DNA of 64,000 bases. Source: Escherichia phage vB_EcoM-Pr121LW. The translations under genes and the position numbers were made by a program. The notes below the pieces were generated by a model. It was given only the letters and a program-made list of their open reading frames with translations. It was not told where the DNA came from and did not search any database. Location of the stretch: sequence record MH752840.1, one strand, 5' to 3'. Below are positions 52,924-62,815 of the stretch, one piece after another (within the stretch, counting starts at the first letter, position 1; every line of letters begins with the position of its first letter).

Positions 52924-55900
52924 ATGCTTCCAATCCCTTTGCTAAAACTTGGTCGTCATTTCCTCGATAAGAGGGGTGGAATTAAGGAACTTGCTGTTCT
53001 GTCATACCCAATAGACAACAGTGATGGTACAAGCAATACAGTATCCTATGTAAATAGCTTAGCTATACTTTTTGATGATGGTCAGCTTAATATTACTGGC
53101 TATAATAGGTTCGGAGAGTGTCGGACTGGAGATCTTGATACAATAAACTATCCTAATGAGGCAGCTTGGAACGTAGACCATGTTTGGAGAGCTGACCGTG
53201 CATTTGTAATCCGCACATTCGATAATAAATTTTTCTATATTGGTTGCACAGCTGGTCTTATCGGATCTGAGGCAGCAGGTGGAAACGATGTTTGTGTCAG
53301 AGAGTGGACACCTTTGCCGGAACAGATTGTAACAGGGTTGCATTTGGACACCCATCCTGAGAGACTTGTTGAAGTAATGGGTGGCGTAAACAATACAGTG
53401 TGGGTAATTGCTGCACCAGAGGCTGATGGTATGCTTCACCTGTACGGCTCTGGCAATAATACTTACGGCTCTCTTCATGTTGACAAAAATCAACACGCTA
53501 CTCCAGTTAAGATTGGTGAAACATCTGAAAGTCCAGAGACAGGTCCTTGGAAAAATCCAAGAATTAATTGTGAAGTTCATGACAACTCGGTTATTTTTGG
53601 TGGTCCTAACGGATTCTGGATTGCAGGTTACGATTTCTTAAGAAATAACAGCAAAAACGCACTAGTTTATCCAGCCGAGCATGTGACTCTTGACCAGTTT
53701 AAAGGCATCCCAGTGGGCGAGACATGGAAAGGGTTCATGTGTGGGCCTAATGGTGCAATTATAGCCACAGAAAGGATGCACAAACCTGATGACCAACAGC
53801 TTGTTAATGTGTTTTATGGTCAGGATGTTTGGGGTGACGACACGTGGAGAAGCCTTAACATCACCTATACCCATGAAGTAATTATGGCTCGCGGGTACGG
53901 GACTAGTGGAATTTTCTTCAATAATGGTACAAAACAGTACCGTGGTTTCTCCAGAAACCTGTGTAACGATATTGGTGCTCAATCTGCTAATAATAATCCT
54001 AGGGCCAATTTTATTCATTACAGAGCGCTGGCAACAGCTAAGTTTGTTGAACAGACAGAGCCAGTAAGCTGGACAGAAAGCGTTTATTTTCAAGGGATCC
54101 ACAGGGAAGGTTTCTTAGGCACATTTTGTGTGGTAAATGGAAAGCTTTGGTGGTCAGGAATACCACGTGGTAGTTTTTCAGGATCTAATAACCTCTTTGG
54201 CGGCAGACTTAACAGCCAAGGGTTCACAGAGATTCCGGAGAATTGGTATAAAAATGTCCCGGTAGATAGCTGGGGTATCGAAGACATCTTTGATGTCAAT
54301 GGTGTGAGCAATGCTAGCAACATTTACATTGGAGATACTGTCAAGATGAAATTGAAACCTCAGCCGGAGGGTGCTACGTTCATTATTGACAAGATTGAGT
54401 TGGTAAATGCTGCAGGCACTGTTGTTACAGATGCAAACTATCAGTTCTCCACTAACTGGAACCATGGTGGTGCTAACGAAGTTGTGGTTACCCAGTATAA
54501 CCGTAACATCAACAGACGTGGTTTGTATTCTATCAAGATCACCTACCATGACAAGCATGGCACTGGAAGAACCTATACGACAAGGACTTTGAACTGGAAC
54601 ACTATAGTTCCTGCGTATCCGTCCGACGGCAAGTGGCATACCGTTGGTAGAAACAAGCAGTTCCATGTTAACGATACTGTATACTTTGGGCTGAATGGGA
54701 CCCAGCCTGCAGTAGAAGGGGATACATCGTATATGGTCAGACTCCACAGAATGGATGCTGGATCAGTCACTTATGATGTGACCCAAGAGATCTACGATCA
54801 AAGACGCGCCACGTATGACAATATTGTGAAAACACAAGCCTTGTGGGAGTTCAATCCCAATGGCAAGGGTGGTAAAATGTTGCAGGTTAATGAGCAGAAC
54901 GGAACGTCGTTGACTGTTCACGAACACCCAGACCCTTGGCCTGATCCTGGAAAACCTCACCCGGGAGCTCGTACACTGAAAATTGTCAGCCATGATGCAG
55001 GATATTTCGGAATACGCTGGGAAGCCACAGTAAGATATGCCGACGGGACAACAAACAACATAGGGATCACCCTTGGTGGCACTAGTGAGGATAACTCACT
55101 GAAAATTGCCTATACCCCTAGAGGCATCTCTATTGATAATATGGATGTTGTTCGCAACGGTTACGGTGATGTAAATGTCAAAGTTACTCTTGGTGAACAT
55201 CTCGGTGGGGAAAGGATCATCATGTATGCCTTTGATCATGATCCTCGCACCAACGGAACCTATGCAAATCAGGCGTGGAGTTACCTGATAAATGCACCTG
55301 AGCCGAATACTAAAGAGTTTTATTACGGTATGAAGCGGGATGTGTGCAAGAAAACAGGGACACATGATTGGATTGCTATCTGCGTTAAAGATGAACGAAC
55401 CGCTTGGGACGAGCCTGTTAACCGATGGTTCATAGGGATTCCCACCAGAAGTGATAAGTATGTCGCAGAATATATTGTGTGCATGGGCGGCACCAACCTG
55501 AACTTGTGTTGGAACGAGGATGCAAATAAATACTCTGATTATGACTATATGAGGGATATCTCTTGCAATCAGTGGTTTAGCCAATCAACAGGTTACCCTC
55601 CAAGACAGGCGAGAGTAAACCCTGCAATCTTCACAGACACGCAGGTTTTCTTGACAAAACAGGCCAACGAGGTTCAGACATTCAAGAATAAATACGATCC
55701 TAACAAGTGGTTCTACAACTGTTACGGCGCATTTTTCTGGGGACCTGGTGAGTTACCTGGTGGAGGATCTTGCTTGAATGAGGCAACTTACGCCAGTGAC
55801 TACATCATGGGGCAGGTCAAGAAGTATAAGATAATCCCCGGTCCTGAGACTTTGGGCAATGCCGTTGACCCTTATATCATCATGACTGCACTGAGATCAA

Positions 55901-58560
55901 ACATGGATGGGACATCCATGTCCATGCAAATTCCGGTAACAAACGGATACAAACGTGTTGTGATGATCATTAAGTGCGACCTGATAGGTAAACAAGTTCT
56001 TGCAGAAAACGGGACATCCACACATCCTTTTGAGATCGCTCTACACTATCAGTTTGCTGACTCACCTTTTGCAGGGGATAAGAGAATATCTGATACAGAC
56101 GCACAGCGTTGTAAGAAAGTATTGTTGGGTGCAGGTTGGTGGTGGTATGAGTTTGATTTAACAGATAAATTCACCGACACGTCTAAAGTTGTAACAGGAC
56201 TTCGTCTAGACTTTGGCGAGAACATGCACAAAGCTGTTTGTGATGGCACCTATGGTGACCCTACAATATACCTAAAATATGTTTCTTTTGAGCATCCGGA
56301 AGATGTTGTCTACGGTCCAAAACTGAGATTGTTTGGCAGCTGGATTGCAAAAGATAGGGTAGGTATGGGTAAGAAGGTAAGAGGGTTCTTGGTTGATGCA
56401 GGAACAGAAGACATGCTGGTTAATGCAGTATGGCCTGAATTACCTGGGACTCAGTGGGACAACTCAGCCAAATCTGTAAACTGGTTTAACATTCATAGGG
56501 CCATGTGGACCACTAACTGCTACTTGTGGAGAGAGCTTAACGATCAGGCCTTTGGCTTCAGCGATGGTAGAAGGATGGCGATCATTTGCTGGACAACACT
56601 GCAAAGATGTTATGACCATAACTATGAGATTGGAGGCAGGGAATGGAAAAATATCAGGGACAGAATCATAACCAATTTTGCAGACGACAACGGTGGCGGA
56701 GCACATAACTTTGGCACAAGCCGACTCATCCATTTGAACGGATCCTCAGCCTACAAGAAAGAAGGATACTCTGGGTCCATGATTGAGTGGGGTCTGGTAA
56801 AAGATGCTCGTGTGTTGATGGGTCAGCAACTTGCTGCTGCAATAGGGCCGAACGCAGTACAATCTGTTAAACCAGCGTGGTTCGATATCCCATTATGGTC
56901 ATCTGGAACACCAGGAACTGCTGCAATCAACCCTGCCACTGGGGATTTGGAAATCTCCTGGGAAGACTTGAAGCAGGTCGGTGGTTGGGACAAAACAGGG
57001 TATCAGGTTCAGTGGTGGAGAGCTGACGGATCTTTAGCCGCTGATGAGTTTGTTAAGGACAATTTCTACACCATGTCCTCTGCAAAAGCACAGGAATTGT
57101 TCGGTCAGGCAACTCCGTCAACGATCACCATGTCCATGTGCTGTAAAGACAACAGGACTGGAGCTTTGGGGCCAAGGGTTGCTAAGGTTTTCTCAGGTAT
57201 TAAATGGAATCCCTCTGTTCAAAGTGTTTCATGGAAGCAAATAGGTGATAACAAGCTGCTAGTTACCCCCGCCTGTCAGTTCAACGCAACTCTTAACGTT
57301 GATCCTGCTGCTGCGGCAAACTCAGCTAAAGCTTCTGACTTCTCTGTGTCTAACACTGCTATGGCAGATGTGAGGAAGATTGACACGCTGAACGCCAGAA
57401 TTACCTGTAAAAACACTTATGGCACATTCCAGATCATCAACAACTTCACAGATGCTGATTCTAAGGTAGTGAGGACAGCAAGCCAGACTCTGAGTTTAGG
57501 AACTCTGGCCTATGCAGCCCTGATCACTGAACAGTCGGCAACACTCCAAGGAGGTGGTGTAGGCAAGTCTATTACAACACCTGTGTGGAAGCCAAATGAG
57601 TGGGTTGTGTTTGATTTGACTGTGGACTTCTCCAGTGATAATAACTGGACATGGGTAAGGGATTGCTTGTCACAACTGATGGGTGGTCCAAGCTCCGTTA
57701 GTGATAGCCACGACTCCACTGACCCGAGTGTGTTTCAGGTGGGTAAAACTCACCCGGAGACTGGAGCAACTTTGCCTGACAGGAAGTATGCTTTGGTTTG
57801 CATCTCTTACGGAAAAGCAGATGTCACCTTCTCAGGAACACACACTTATAACGGTACATATAACTTCTCAAGGAAGTATAGTCTCAAGGCAGGGAACATT
57901 ATAGATGAGGTTGGTCCGTTATATAACCCTGGCAACGGGATAGGGATTGTAGGCGGCAAACTGCAGATGCAGGAACCTTCTATTACTCCTTCCAACGTGT
58001 CTGGGATCAGGAAGACTTGGGAAAGTAACAATACTGGCATCGCAACTGTGGATGCTACCACCGGACTGGTAACATTTAAAGCTCCCGGTGATGTCACTAT
58101 AACGTTTATAGTTACTGATGATGCAGGGCGCAAAACGTCTTCAACATCTTTTACTGTCAAACAGATGGCACCACAGTGGAGAATGTGGATAGGTACAGCA
58201 ACAAACGGGGCATACCCTAATCCGGCAGGTACTTCTGGTATGAAGACTTTCTCTACAAGCGAACCGATGGAGTACGGCAGCGGTCCTAAGGTAGGACAGA
58301 TGGTATACTTTGGTGCGTATATTCCTGAAATTATAGGGCTTCCGAGAAGTCAGCTTCAGTTGCTGTTTGGGGCTGGTGTTGACGATCTTGCCACTTTCGG
58401 GTATAGCGACAACATCGAGGCTGCAAGGAGTTCAGGATGGGTAGGGTTCAGAATGGAGTCTGGAAAGGAAGGCAGGATTCTAGGGACAGCCTCTATAGGT
58501 GTTATGTTCCCTGGTGACCAGCAGTATCGCCTGAAAGCCTACGCAACTTTCTCTCTTTAA
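52924..58560 (+). CDS. giant virion-associated protein with Ig-like (Big_2-type) domain
   Basis: 1878-aa uninterrupted ORF behind a GGAGAA RBS; Ig-like segment SGIRKTWESNNTGIATVDATTGLVTFKAPGDVTITFIVTDDAGRKTSSTSFTV near the C-terminus. Confidence 0.55.
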   Translation: MLPIPLLKLGRHFLDKRGGIKELAVLSYPIDNSDGTSNTVSYVNSLAILFDDGQLNITGYNRFGECRTGDLDTINYPNEAAWNVDHVWRADRAFVIRTFDNKFFYIGCTAGLIGSEAAGGNDVCVREWTPLPEQIVTGLHLDTHPERLVEVMGGVNNTVWVIAAPEADGMLHLYGSGNNTYGSLHVDKNQHATPVKIGETSESPETGPWKNPRINCEVHDNSVIFGGPNGFWIAGYDFLRNNSKNALVYPAEHVTLDQFKGIPVGETWKGFMCGPNGAIIATERMHKPDDQQLVNVFYGQDVWGDDTWRSLNITYTHEVIMARGYGTSGIFFNNGTKQYRGFSRNLCNDIGAQSANNNPRANFIHYRALATAKFVEQTEPVSWTESVYFQGIHREGFLGTFCVVNGKLWWSGIPRGSFSGSNNLFGGRLNSQGFTEIPENWYKNVPVDSWGIEDIFDVNGVSNASNIYIGDTVKMKLKPQPEGATFIIDKIELVNAAGTVVTDANYQFSTNWNHGGANEVVVTQYNRNINRRGLYSIKITYHDKHGTGRTYTTRTLNWNTIVPAYPSDGKWHTVGRNKQFHVNDTVYFGLNGTQPAVEGDTSYMVRLHRMDAGSVTYDVTQEIYDQRRATYDNIVKTQALWEFNPNGKGGKMLQVNEQNGTSLTVHEHPDPWPDPGKPHPGARTLKIVSHDAGYFGIRWEATVRYADGTTNNIGITLGGTSEDNSLKIAYTPRGISIDNMDVVRNGYGDVNVKVTLGEHLGGERIIMYAFDHDPRTNGTYANQAWSYLINAPEPNTKEFYYGMKRDVCKKTGTHDWIAICVKDERTAWDEPVNRWFIGIPTRSDKYVAEYIVCMGGTNLNLCWNEDANKYSDYDYMRDISCNQWFSQSTGYPPRQARVNPAIFTDTQVFLTKQANEVQTFKNKYDPNKWFYNCYGAFFWGPGELPGGGSCLNEATYASDYIMGQVKKYKIIPGPETLGNAVDPYIIMTALRSNMDGTSMSMQIPVTNGYKRVVMIIKCDLIGKQVLAENGTSTHPFEIALHYQFADSPFAGDKRISDTDAQRCKKVLLGAGWWWYEFDLTDKFTDTSKVVTGLRLDFGENMHKAVCDGTYGDPTIYLKYVSFEHPEDVVYGPKLRLFGSWIAKDRVGMGKKVRGFLVDAGTEDMLVNAVWPELPGTQWDNSAKSVNWFNIHRAMWTTNCYLWRELNDQAFGFSDGRRMAIICWTTLQRCYDHNYEIGGREWKNIRDRIITNFADDNGGGAHNFGTSRLIHLNGSSAYKKEGYSGSMIEWGLVKDARVLMGQQLAAAIGPNAVQSVKPAWFDIPLWSSGTPGTAAINPATGDLEISWEDLKQVGGWDKTGYQVQWWRADGSLAADEFVKDNFYTMSSAKAQELFGQATPSTITMSMCCKDNRTGALGPRVAKVFSGIKWNPSVQSVSWKQIGDNKLLVTPACQFNATLNVDPAAAANSAKASDFSVSNTAMADVRKIDTLNARITCKNTYGTFQIINNFTDADSKVVRTASQTLSLGTLAYAALITEQSATLQGGGVGKSITTPVWKPNEWVVFDLTVDFSSDNNWTWVRDCLSQLMGGPSSVSDSHDSTDPSVFQVGKTHPETGATLPDRKYALVCISYGKADVTFSGTHTYNGTYNFSRKYSLKAGNIIDEVGPLYNPGNGIGIVGGKLQMQEPSITPSNVSGIRKTWESNNTGIATVDATTGLVTFKAPGDVTITFIVTDDAGRKTSSTSFTVKQMAPQWRMWIGTATNGAYPNPAGTSGMKTFSTSEPMEYGSGPKVGQMVYFGAYIPEIIGLPRSQLQLLFGAGVDDLATFGYSDNIEAARSSGWVGFRMESGKEGRILGTASIGVMFPGDQQYRLKAYATFSL

Positions 58561-58571
58561 CAAGCGGTAAA

Positions 58572-58601
58572 TAAAAAGGGGCCAAATGGCCCCTTTCTTT
58601 T
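58572..58601. terminator. bidirectional rho-independent terminator
   Basis: Palindrome AAAAAGGGGCC-AAAT-GGCCCCTTTCTTTTT between convergent gene blocks. Confidence 0.75.
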
Positions 58602-58606
58602 TATAA

Positions 58607-58807
58607 TTAGTAATATTCCCAACACGACCCATCTTCAGACGGCTGGACACGCTTGCCTTCATGATCGACATAGGTGTAACCGCAACCTTCGCAGATAACA
58701 GGTGCCGCATAACCTTCCTTCCACTGATCTTCTGTGATCAATCCTTCCAGATCTCTACAGTTAAAACCAAACAACTCTTCAGAACAATCTTTGCAAAAAT
58801 CAGCCAT
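58607..58807 (-). CDS. small zinc-ribbon protein
   Basis: 66 aa with CKDC ... CEGC cysteine pairs. Confidence 0.45.
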   Translation of the reverse strand: MADFCKDCSEELFGFNCRDLEGLITEDQWKEGYAAPVICEGCGYTYVDHEGKRVQPSEDGSCWEYY

Positions 58808-58810
58808 TTC

Positions 58811-59257
58811 TCAGTCCTCGCATTTAACAAATTTTTCTACAGATCCGCCAAGCACAGCTTGTTGCTTGATGGCACTTGCTTCATCATAGTGGATAGACTT
58901 ATGTTCCGTACCTCCAAACTTACCTGTGTGGAAGGTGTGCACCCAAATCTCTTTAGGAAGGGATTTATTCTCTTCCTCCACCAACTCCCACATACCCCAC
59001 AAGTGATCTGTGATATCTTTGATGAAATATCCCTCTCCTAGGTTTGTATTCACACTATAGGCCGATTCGTGATTTCCGCAAATATAACGGAAGGCAGTGT
59101 ACTCTTTTCCTGGTGTGAAGTGGGTATCCATTAGTATAGCTGTTAAAGAATAAGGGTCTCGAAAGCCCAAGAACTTTAGTTTAACAATTTCGACATTTAC
59201 ATCTGCAAGATTGTCCATGACGATCTCCTCTGTTTGGTTGGTGAGATAATCATACAT
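58811..59257 (-). CDS. hypothetical protein
   Basis: 148-aa ORF in the minus-strand block. Confidence 0.4.
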   Translation of the reverse strand: MYDYLTNQTEEIVMDNLADVNVEIVKLKFLGFRDPYSLTAILMDTHFTPGKEYTAFRYICGNHESAYSVNTNLGEGYFIKDITDHLWGMWELVEEENKSLPKEIWVHTFHTGKFGGTEHKSIHYDEASAIKQQAVLGGSVEKFVKCED

Positions 59258-59382
59258 AGATCTGATGTTAGGGTCAAGCTTAATTTTAAACTATTTTGGA
59301 GAGGTATTTTGTTCAGGAGGGTAATCACATAGGATAGGGCAATTTATGAAGGCACAGGCCTCTTTTGAGGCCTTAAAATCGA

Positions 59383-59763
59383 TTATGACACTTTGACGTA
59401 GCGCTCCGACAGAGCTGGAAAGCCAAAAGCAGTACCTATACTACCGTATGCTACCCACCATTGAAGTTCATCGTGACACCATTTTCCGATCAGGAAGGTG
59501 CTGGGGTAGCGGGTCAGTATTTTGGCATAAGCTTTAGGGTCTGCATCCTCTGGGATAATGATGCTTGGAACATCTTTGTTATGACCACAGCAGCAGTTTA
59601 GAGTTTTCAGTCCTGCCGCCCATAGACTCATGATAGGCTTAGCCATGCACTTATCAAGGCACACACGTTTTTTGCCGTCTCGAAGTTTTTTAGGCACATC
59701 AACGATAACATTTGGATGCTTGGCACCTTTCACTTTCCAATTATAGGATTTACACTTGCACAT
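59383..59763 (-). CDS. Cys-rich hypothetical protein
   Basis: 126 aa with CKCK ... CLDKC ... NCCCGH motifs. Confidence 0.4.
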   Translation of the reverse strand: MCKCKSYNWKVKGAKHPNVIVDVPKKLRDGKKRVCLDKCMAKPIMSLWAAGLKTLNCCCGHNKDVPSIIIPEDADPKAYAKILTRYPSTFLIGKWCHDELQWWVAYGSIGTAFGFPALSERYVKVS

Positions 59764-59795
59764 CGTTTAATCAGTCTCCATCTAGAAAGCAATAC

Positions 59796-59967
59796 TTTAC
59801 TTAAAATCTTTGTCACCTATTACGATTGCACGAATCCACTCATTGTGATGTTCAATGGCGGTAAGGTGTAACATAATGTAGTGATTGTCATTACTAAACA
59901 CGGTGCGGTAAGCTTTAGCAGCACCATGATATAACTTCCACATCAGGTAATGATATCTTCGCCTCAT
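59796..59967 (-). CDS. small hypothetical protein
   Basis: 56-aa minus-strand ORF behind GGAG, filling the gap between flanking genes; below the ORF-track size cutoff. Confidence 0.25.
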
Positions 59968-59972
59968 GGCTC

Positions 59973-60443
59973 TTACTCCGGTTCAGGATCTGGGTAATCT
60001 TCAATAATAAAGGTCCATCCGTTCCGCTTAGCCTCAGACTTATACTCAATCTCCTTCATTGCGAACTCTAACTGATTTTTAGCCGGAATACATGCCGGAG
60101 AATCATCAATCCAAATATCCGGGTAGATATCAAACTGCGCCAGATAGGCTGCCTTCTGAACACCGCCAGTATAAAACACACCAACATCGAGCTCCTTGCG
60201 CCAATACTCAATGTCCACGTTGTCTTGAGTGATGAATCGGGAAGTCACAAGGTATACTGTCCACCCTTCCTTTTTCAAGTCCCTAATCAGGCGGGAGAAG
60301 ATGAAAGGACTCGCATTAAATGTTCCATCAAAGTCAATGGCAATGATGTGTGTGCCGTGGCGAGTCTCGTATGGATTGCTTGTGGTAAGATTACTGTAGT
60401 TAAAAGGAACTTCTTCCCCGCAGTAGCTGTAGTCCATATTCAC
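59973..60443 (-). CDS. HAD-superfamily phosphatase
   Basis: Motif I IAIDFDGTF (DxDGT), motif II LVTSR, motif IV IWIDDSP. Confidence 0.55.
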   Translation of the reverse strand: MNMDYSYCGEEVPFNYSNLTTSNPYETRHGTHIIAIDFDGTFNASPFIFSRLIRDLKKEGWTVYLVTSRFITQDNVDIEYWRKELDVGVFYTGGVQKAAYLAQFDIYPDIWIDDSPACIPAKNQLEFAMKEIEYKSEAKRNGWTFIIEDYPDPEPE

Positions 60444-60715
60444 ACCTTCTCGTTGATAAATTTACGGGCGGTTTGGTGAGTTGTTTCTGCTGTCTTCAGA
60501 ATGATATTAATTTTATTGTCAAGATCATTCATCTCTGCAGTTAATTCAGGAATCTCTCCAGCATGCATAGTGAAATCATACATAGACATGCCCAGAATCT
60601 CATTGATGCGACGGTTGCATTCTGCAGCACGCTGGTTCATTTTCCAAGCTAACACCAAAGCCTCCTGCGTAGCCTCTAGTGCAAAATCTAATACGTCTGC
60701 CTCTTCTTTCGTCAT
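60440..60715 (-). CDS. hypothetical protein
   Basis: 91-aa ORF overlapping the downstream start; helical. Confidence 0.4.
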   Translation of the reverse strand: MTKEEADVLDFALEATQEALVLAWKMNQRAAECNRRINEILGMSMYDFTMHAGEIPELTAEMNDLDNKINIILKTAETTHQTARKFINEKV

Positions 60716-60773
60716 CTCAGTCTCTCCTGTTGTATTGTTGGTAGGTGTATGAATACCTTATAACTCACCTTTT

Positions 60774-61340
60774 TTATTCAAACTGCAATAGTAAGTCCAC
60801 CACCGCGCTAGGTCTGTCAACAAATTCCCCAGGTCCACATGCCCACAGAGGGTATCCGTCCACATACCGCCAAATCCAACCTGCAGTGTGGAGTTCGAGC
60901 AGGGCAGTACCGTCCTTACTGTCAACCACTCTTTCCCACAGTGTTGGGCAGCGAAGCTTGAGAATCGGATCACCTCCCTTATACCCGTCCATGTAGATAC
61001 CTATTGCAAAGTTCAGCATCATCTTTTTGTGCACTGATCTCTTACTGAGGGTGCTCATCACTTCCTCTTTGTGAATGTTTGTAAGCTTCTCTTTGGCTAC
61101 CCGCAGATCGTTGCAACCATTGTTCAGCAGATCTTCCAGACACTTGATCCGGAGGTCGTGAATGTCTTTGTCGTGTACCGTTGGCACAGGGTCGTAGCGG
61201 TATAGCACTGTTGATACAAGGTTGCTCGGGTGTGGGTCTGACAGCAACCCATAACCCCAATACTCTTCTGTATCTGAAAGGACAAGACACCCAATGTCTC
61301 TGTCAAGCTTTCCTGTGTTGTAAGCCACATTGACCGCCAT
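60774..61340 (-). CDS. hypothetical protein
   Basis: 188-aa ORF in the minus-strand block. Confidence 0.4.
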   Translation of the reverse strand: MAVNVAYNTGKLDRDIGCLVLSDTEEYWGYGLLSDPHPSNLVSTVLYRYDPVPTVHDKDIHDLRIKCLEDLLNNGCNDLRVAKEKLTNIHKEEVMSTLSKRSVHKKMMLNFAIGIYMDGYKGGDPILKLRCPTLWERVVDSKDGTALLELHTAGWIWRYVDGYPLWACGPGEFVDRPSAVVDLLLQFE

Positions 61341-61342
61341 GA

Positions 61343-61588
61343 CTATAGCTCCACTAGCAAAGTGCTTTCAAAGTGCCGTTCATGCAGACCGTTGTAAGGG
61401 ACCACTTCCACAACACCATCACGGACATACGGGGCCATCATCGTGGTATAATCTCCAAACGGGTTGGTATTGTCACTAACCACAACCACCTTCTGCCCTT
61501 CCTTAGCAGAGTGCCAAATAGATCTACACTTCATCAGGTGTTCGAGAGCTCCAGGTAAAATTTTGTTACGTTCTTTACGGGTCTTCAT
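61343..61588 (-). CDS. hypothetical protein
   Basis: 81-aa ORF tightly packed with neighbours. Confidence 0.35.
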   Translation of the reverse strand: MKTRKERNKILPGALEHLMKCRSIWHSAKEGQKVVVVSDNTNPFGDYTTMMAPYVRDGVVEVVPYNGLHERHFESTLLVEL

Positions 61589-62034
61589 AACAGATATAGC
61601 TCCTTATGAAAGTGGTCTTTTAATTTCTCACTGAGAAACTTCTTGATACCTTCCTCTAAAGTGTTTTCGATGTAGTCCAGCTTAACTGCTTCGATGGACA
61701 TATCATAGATTGCCAGCTCTAAGCTGTCAAGTCCCATCATAGCATGAACCATAAGATTTTCATCTTCAGATACATTCAGGGGACTTCCTATAACATCTGG
61801 AGGCAGAATAGTTTCCCAATTATTCTGGGTGGTAGTTCTCCCGCCATCTACTTTACGGCGCAGTTCGAATGTGTTCTTAGTGTAGAACACTTCATAAGAA
61901 ACGATACGACTGTCACTCTCATAATAAACGAAGTTCAGGTAGGAGCCTAGCCGCAGTCGGCAAACTTCTACCCCAAACCATTGTTTCTTATAAGAATTCA
62001 GGCTAATGCTGTCGCATTCACGCTTGCTCAACAC
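61585..62034 (-). CDS. hypothetical protein
   Basis: 149-aa ORF overlapping the downstream start. Confidence 0.4.
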   Translation of the reverse strand: MLSKRECDSISLNSYKKQWFGVEVCRLRLGSYLNFVYYESDSRIVSYEVFYTKNTFELRRKVDGGRTTTQNNWETILPPDVIGSPLNVSEDENLMVHAMMGLDSLELAIYDMSIEAVKLDYIENTLEEGIKKFLSEKLKDHFHKELYLL

Positions 62035-62050
62035 GGCTATCTCCTTTTTG

Positions 62051-62284
62051 TTAATCTTCGTAAATCAGGATTTCTGCTTTAGGTTTTCGTGCTTTCAAGT
62101 CCAGCTCTATCCAGTGCACCATGGCTGTTTCAAGAAAAACAGCTTGGATGCATCCGTCCTCAGCGTGCCCCACCAACATAACAAGATCTTCACCTTCATC
62201 ATCTGCATCACGAACATACAGAATCTCTCCAGATTCAAAGTCTTTCACAACCTGATTGCTGGATAATTTACGAATTTTTGCCAT
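62051..62284 (-). CDS. hypothetical protein
   Basis: 77-aa ORF. Confidence 0.35.
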   Translation of the reverse strand: MAKIRKLSSNQVVKDFESGEILYVRDADDEGEDLVMLVGHAEDGCIQAVFLETAMVHWIELDLKARKPKAEILIYED

Positions 62285-62285
62285 A

Positions 62286-62549
62286 TCAGAAACCCTCTAA
62301 AAAGCTCTTGTAGAAAATAATTTCAGTGTCCACACCTGTCACGATCTTATCGTTTCGGATCTCATCTGTGAGGTAGGTATCGAAACGTAGTACTTGTGTG
62401 GTATTGTCACACATCCACTCAGCTGTGACCATAGCGAAAATCTTAGCATCTTCATTATCTGGTGTGAATGTTACCACCTCGCCGCATTTAAACTTTTCGA
62501 TAGGTTGTGTGTTAGCTTTCGGTTCTGCAATAGTGATTTTCGTGGTCAT
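62286..62549 (-). CDS. hypothetical protein
   Basis: 87-aa ORF. Confidence 0.35.
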   Translation of the reverse strand: MTTKITIAEPKANTQPIEKFKCGEVVTFTPDNEDAKIFAMVTAEWMCDNTTQVLRFDTYLTDEIRNDKIVTGVDTEIIFYKSFLEGF

Positions 62550-62809
62550 TGCTCTTCCTCCATAGTTTCACCAAATACTTCGATACGAGCATCGAGCTCG
62601 GTTGCTTTCAGCTCCCCAACAAAATATTTTAGTTCTTTCTCGTCCAGATCGTAAGCCCACACACAAGAAGAACATGCCACAATCAGTAGCGTAGATACAC
62701 GACCTGGCTCTGTGATCATGCTCACAATGGTTCCCACAGGGAACGTGTTGATAGCTTTTTTAACTGGGCGTTCAGCTTTAATTACTACCTCTGTTGCCAT
62801 AAATAACAT
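62546..62809 (-). CDS. hypothetical protein
   Basis: 87-aa ORF overlapping the downstream start. Confidence 0.35.
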   Translation of the reverse strand: MLFMATEVVIKAERPVKKAINTFPVGTIVSMITEPGRVSTLLIVACSSCVWAYDLDEKELKYFVGELKATELDARIEVFGETMEEEQ

Positions 62810-62815
62810 CCTCTC

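Noticed and set aside
53059-55584. Several minus-strand ORFs (for example 53059-53580, 54178-54747, 55096-55584) inside the 1878-aa gene
   Set aside because: Antisense to an uninterrupted 5.6-kb ORF with a good RBS; no independent expression signals.
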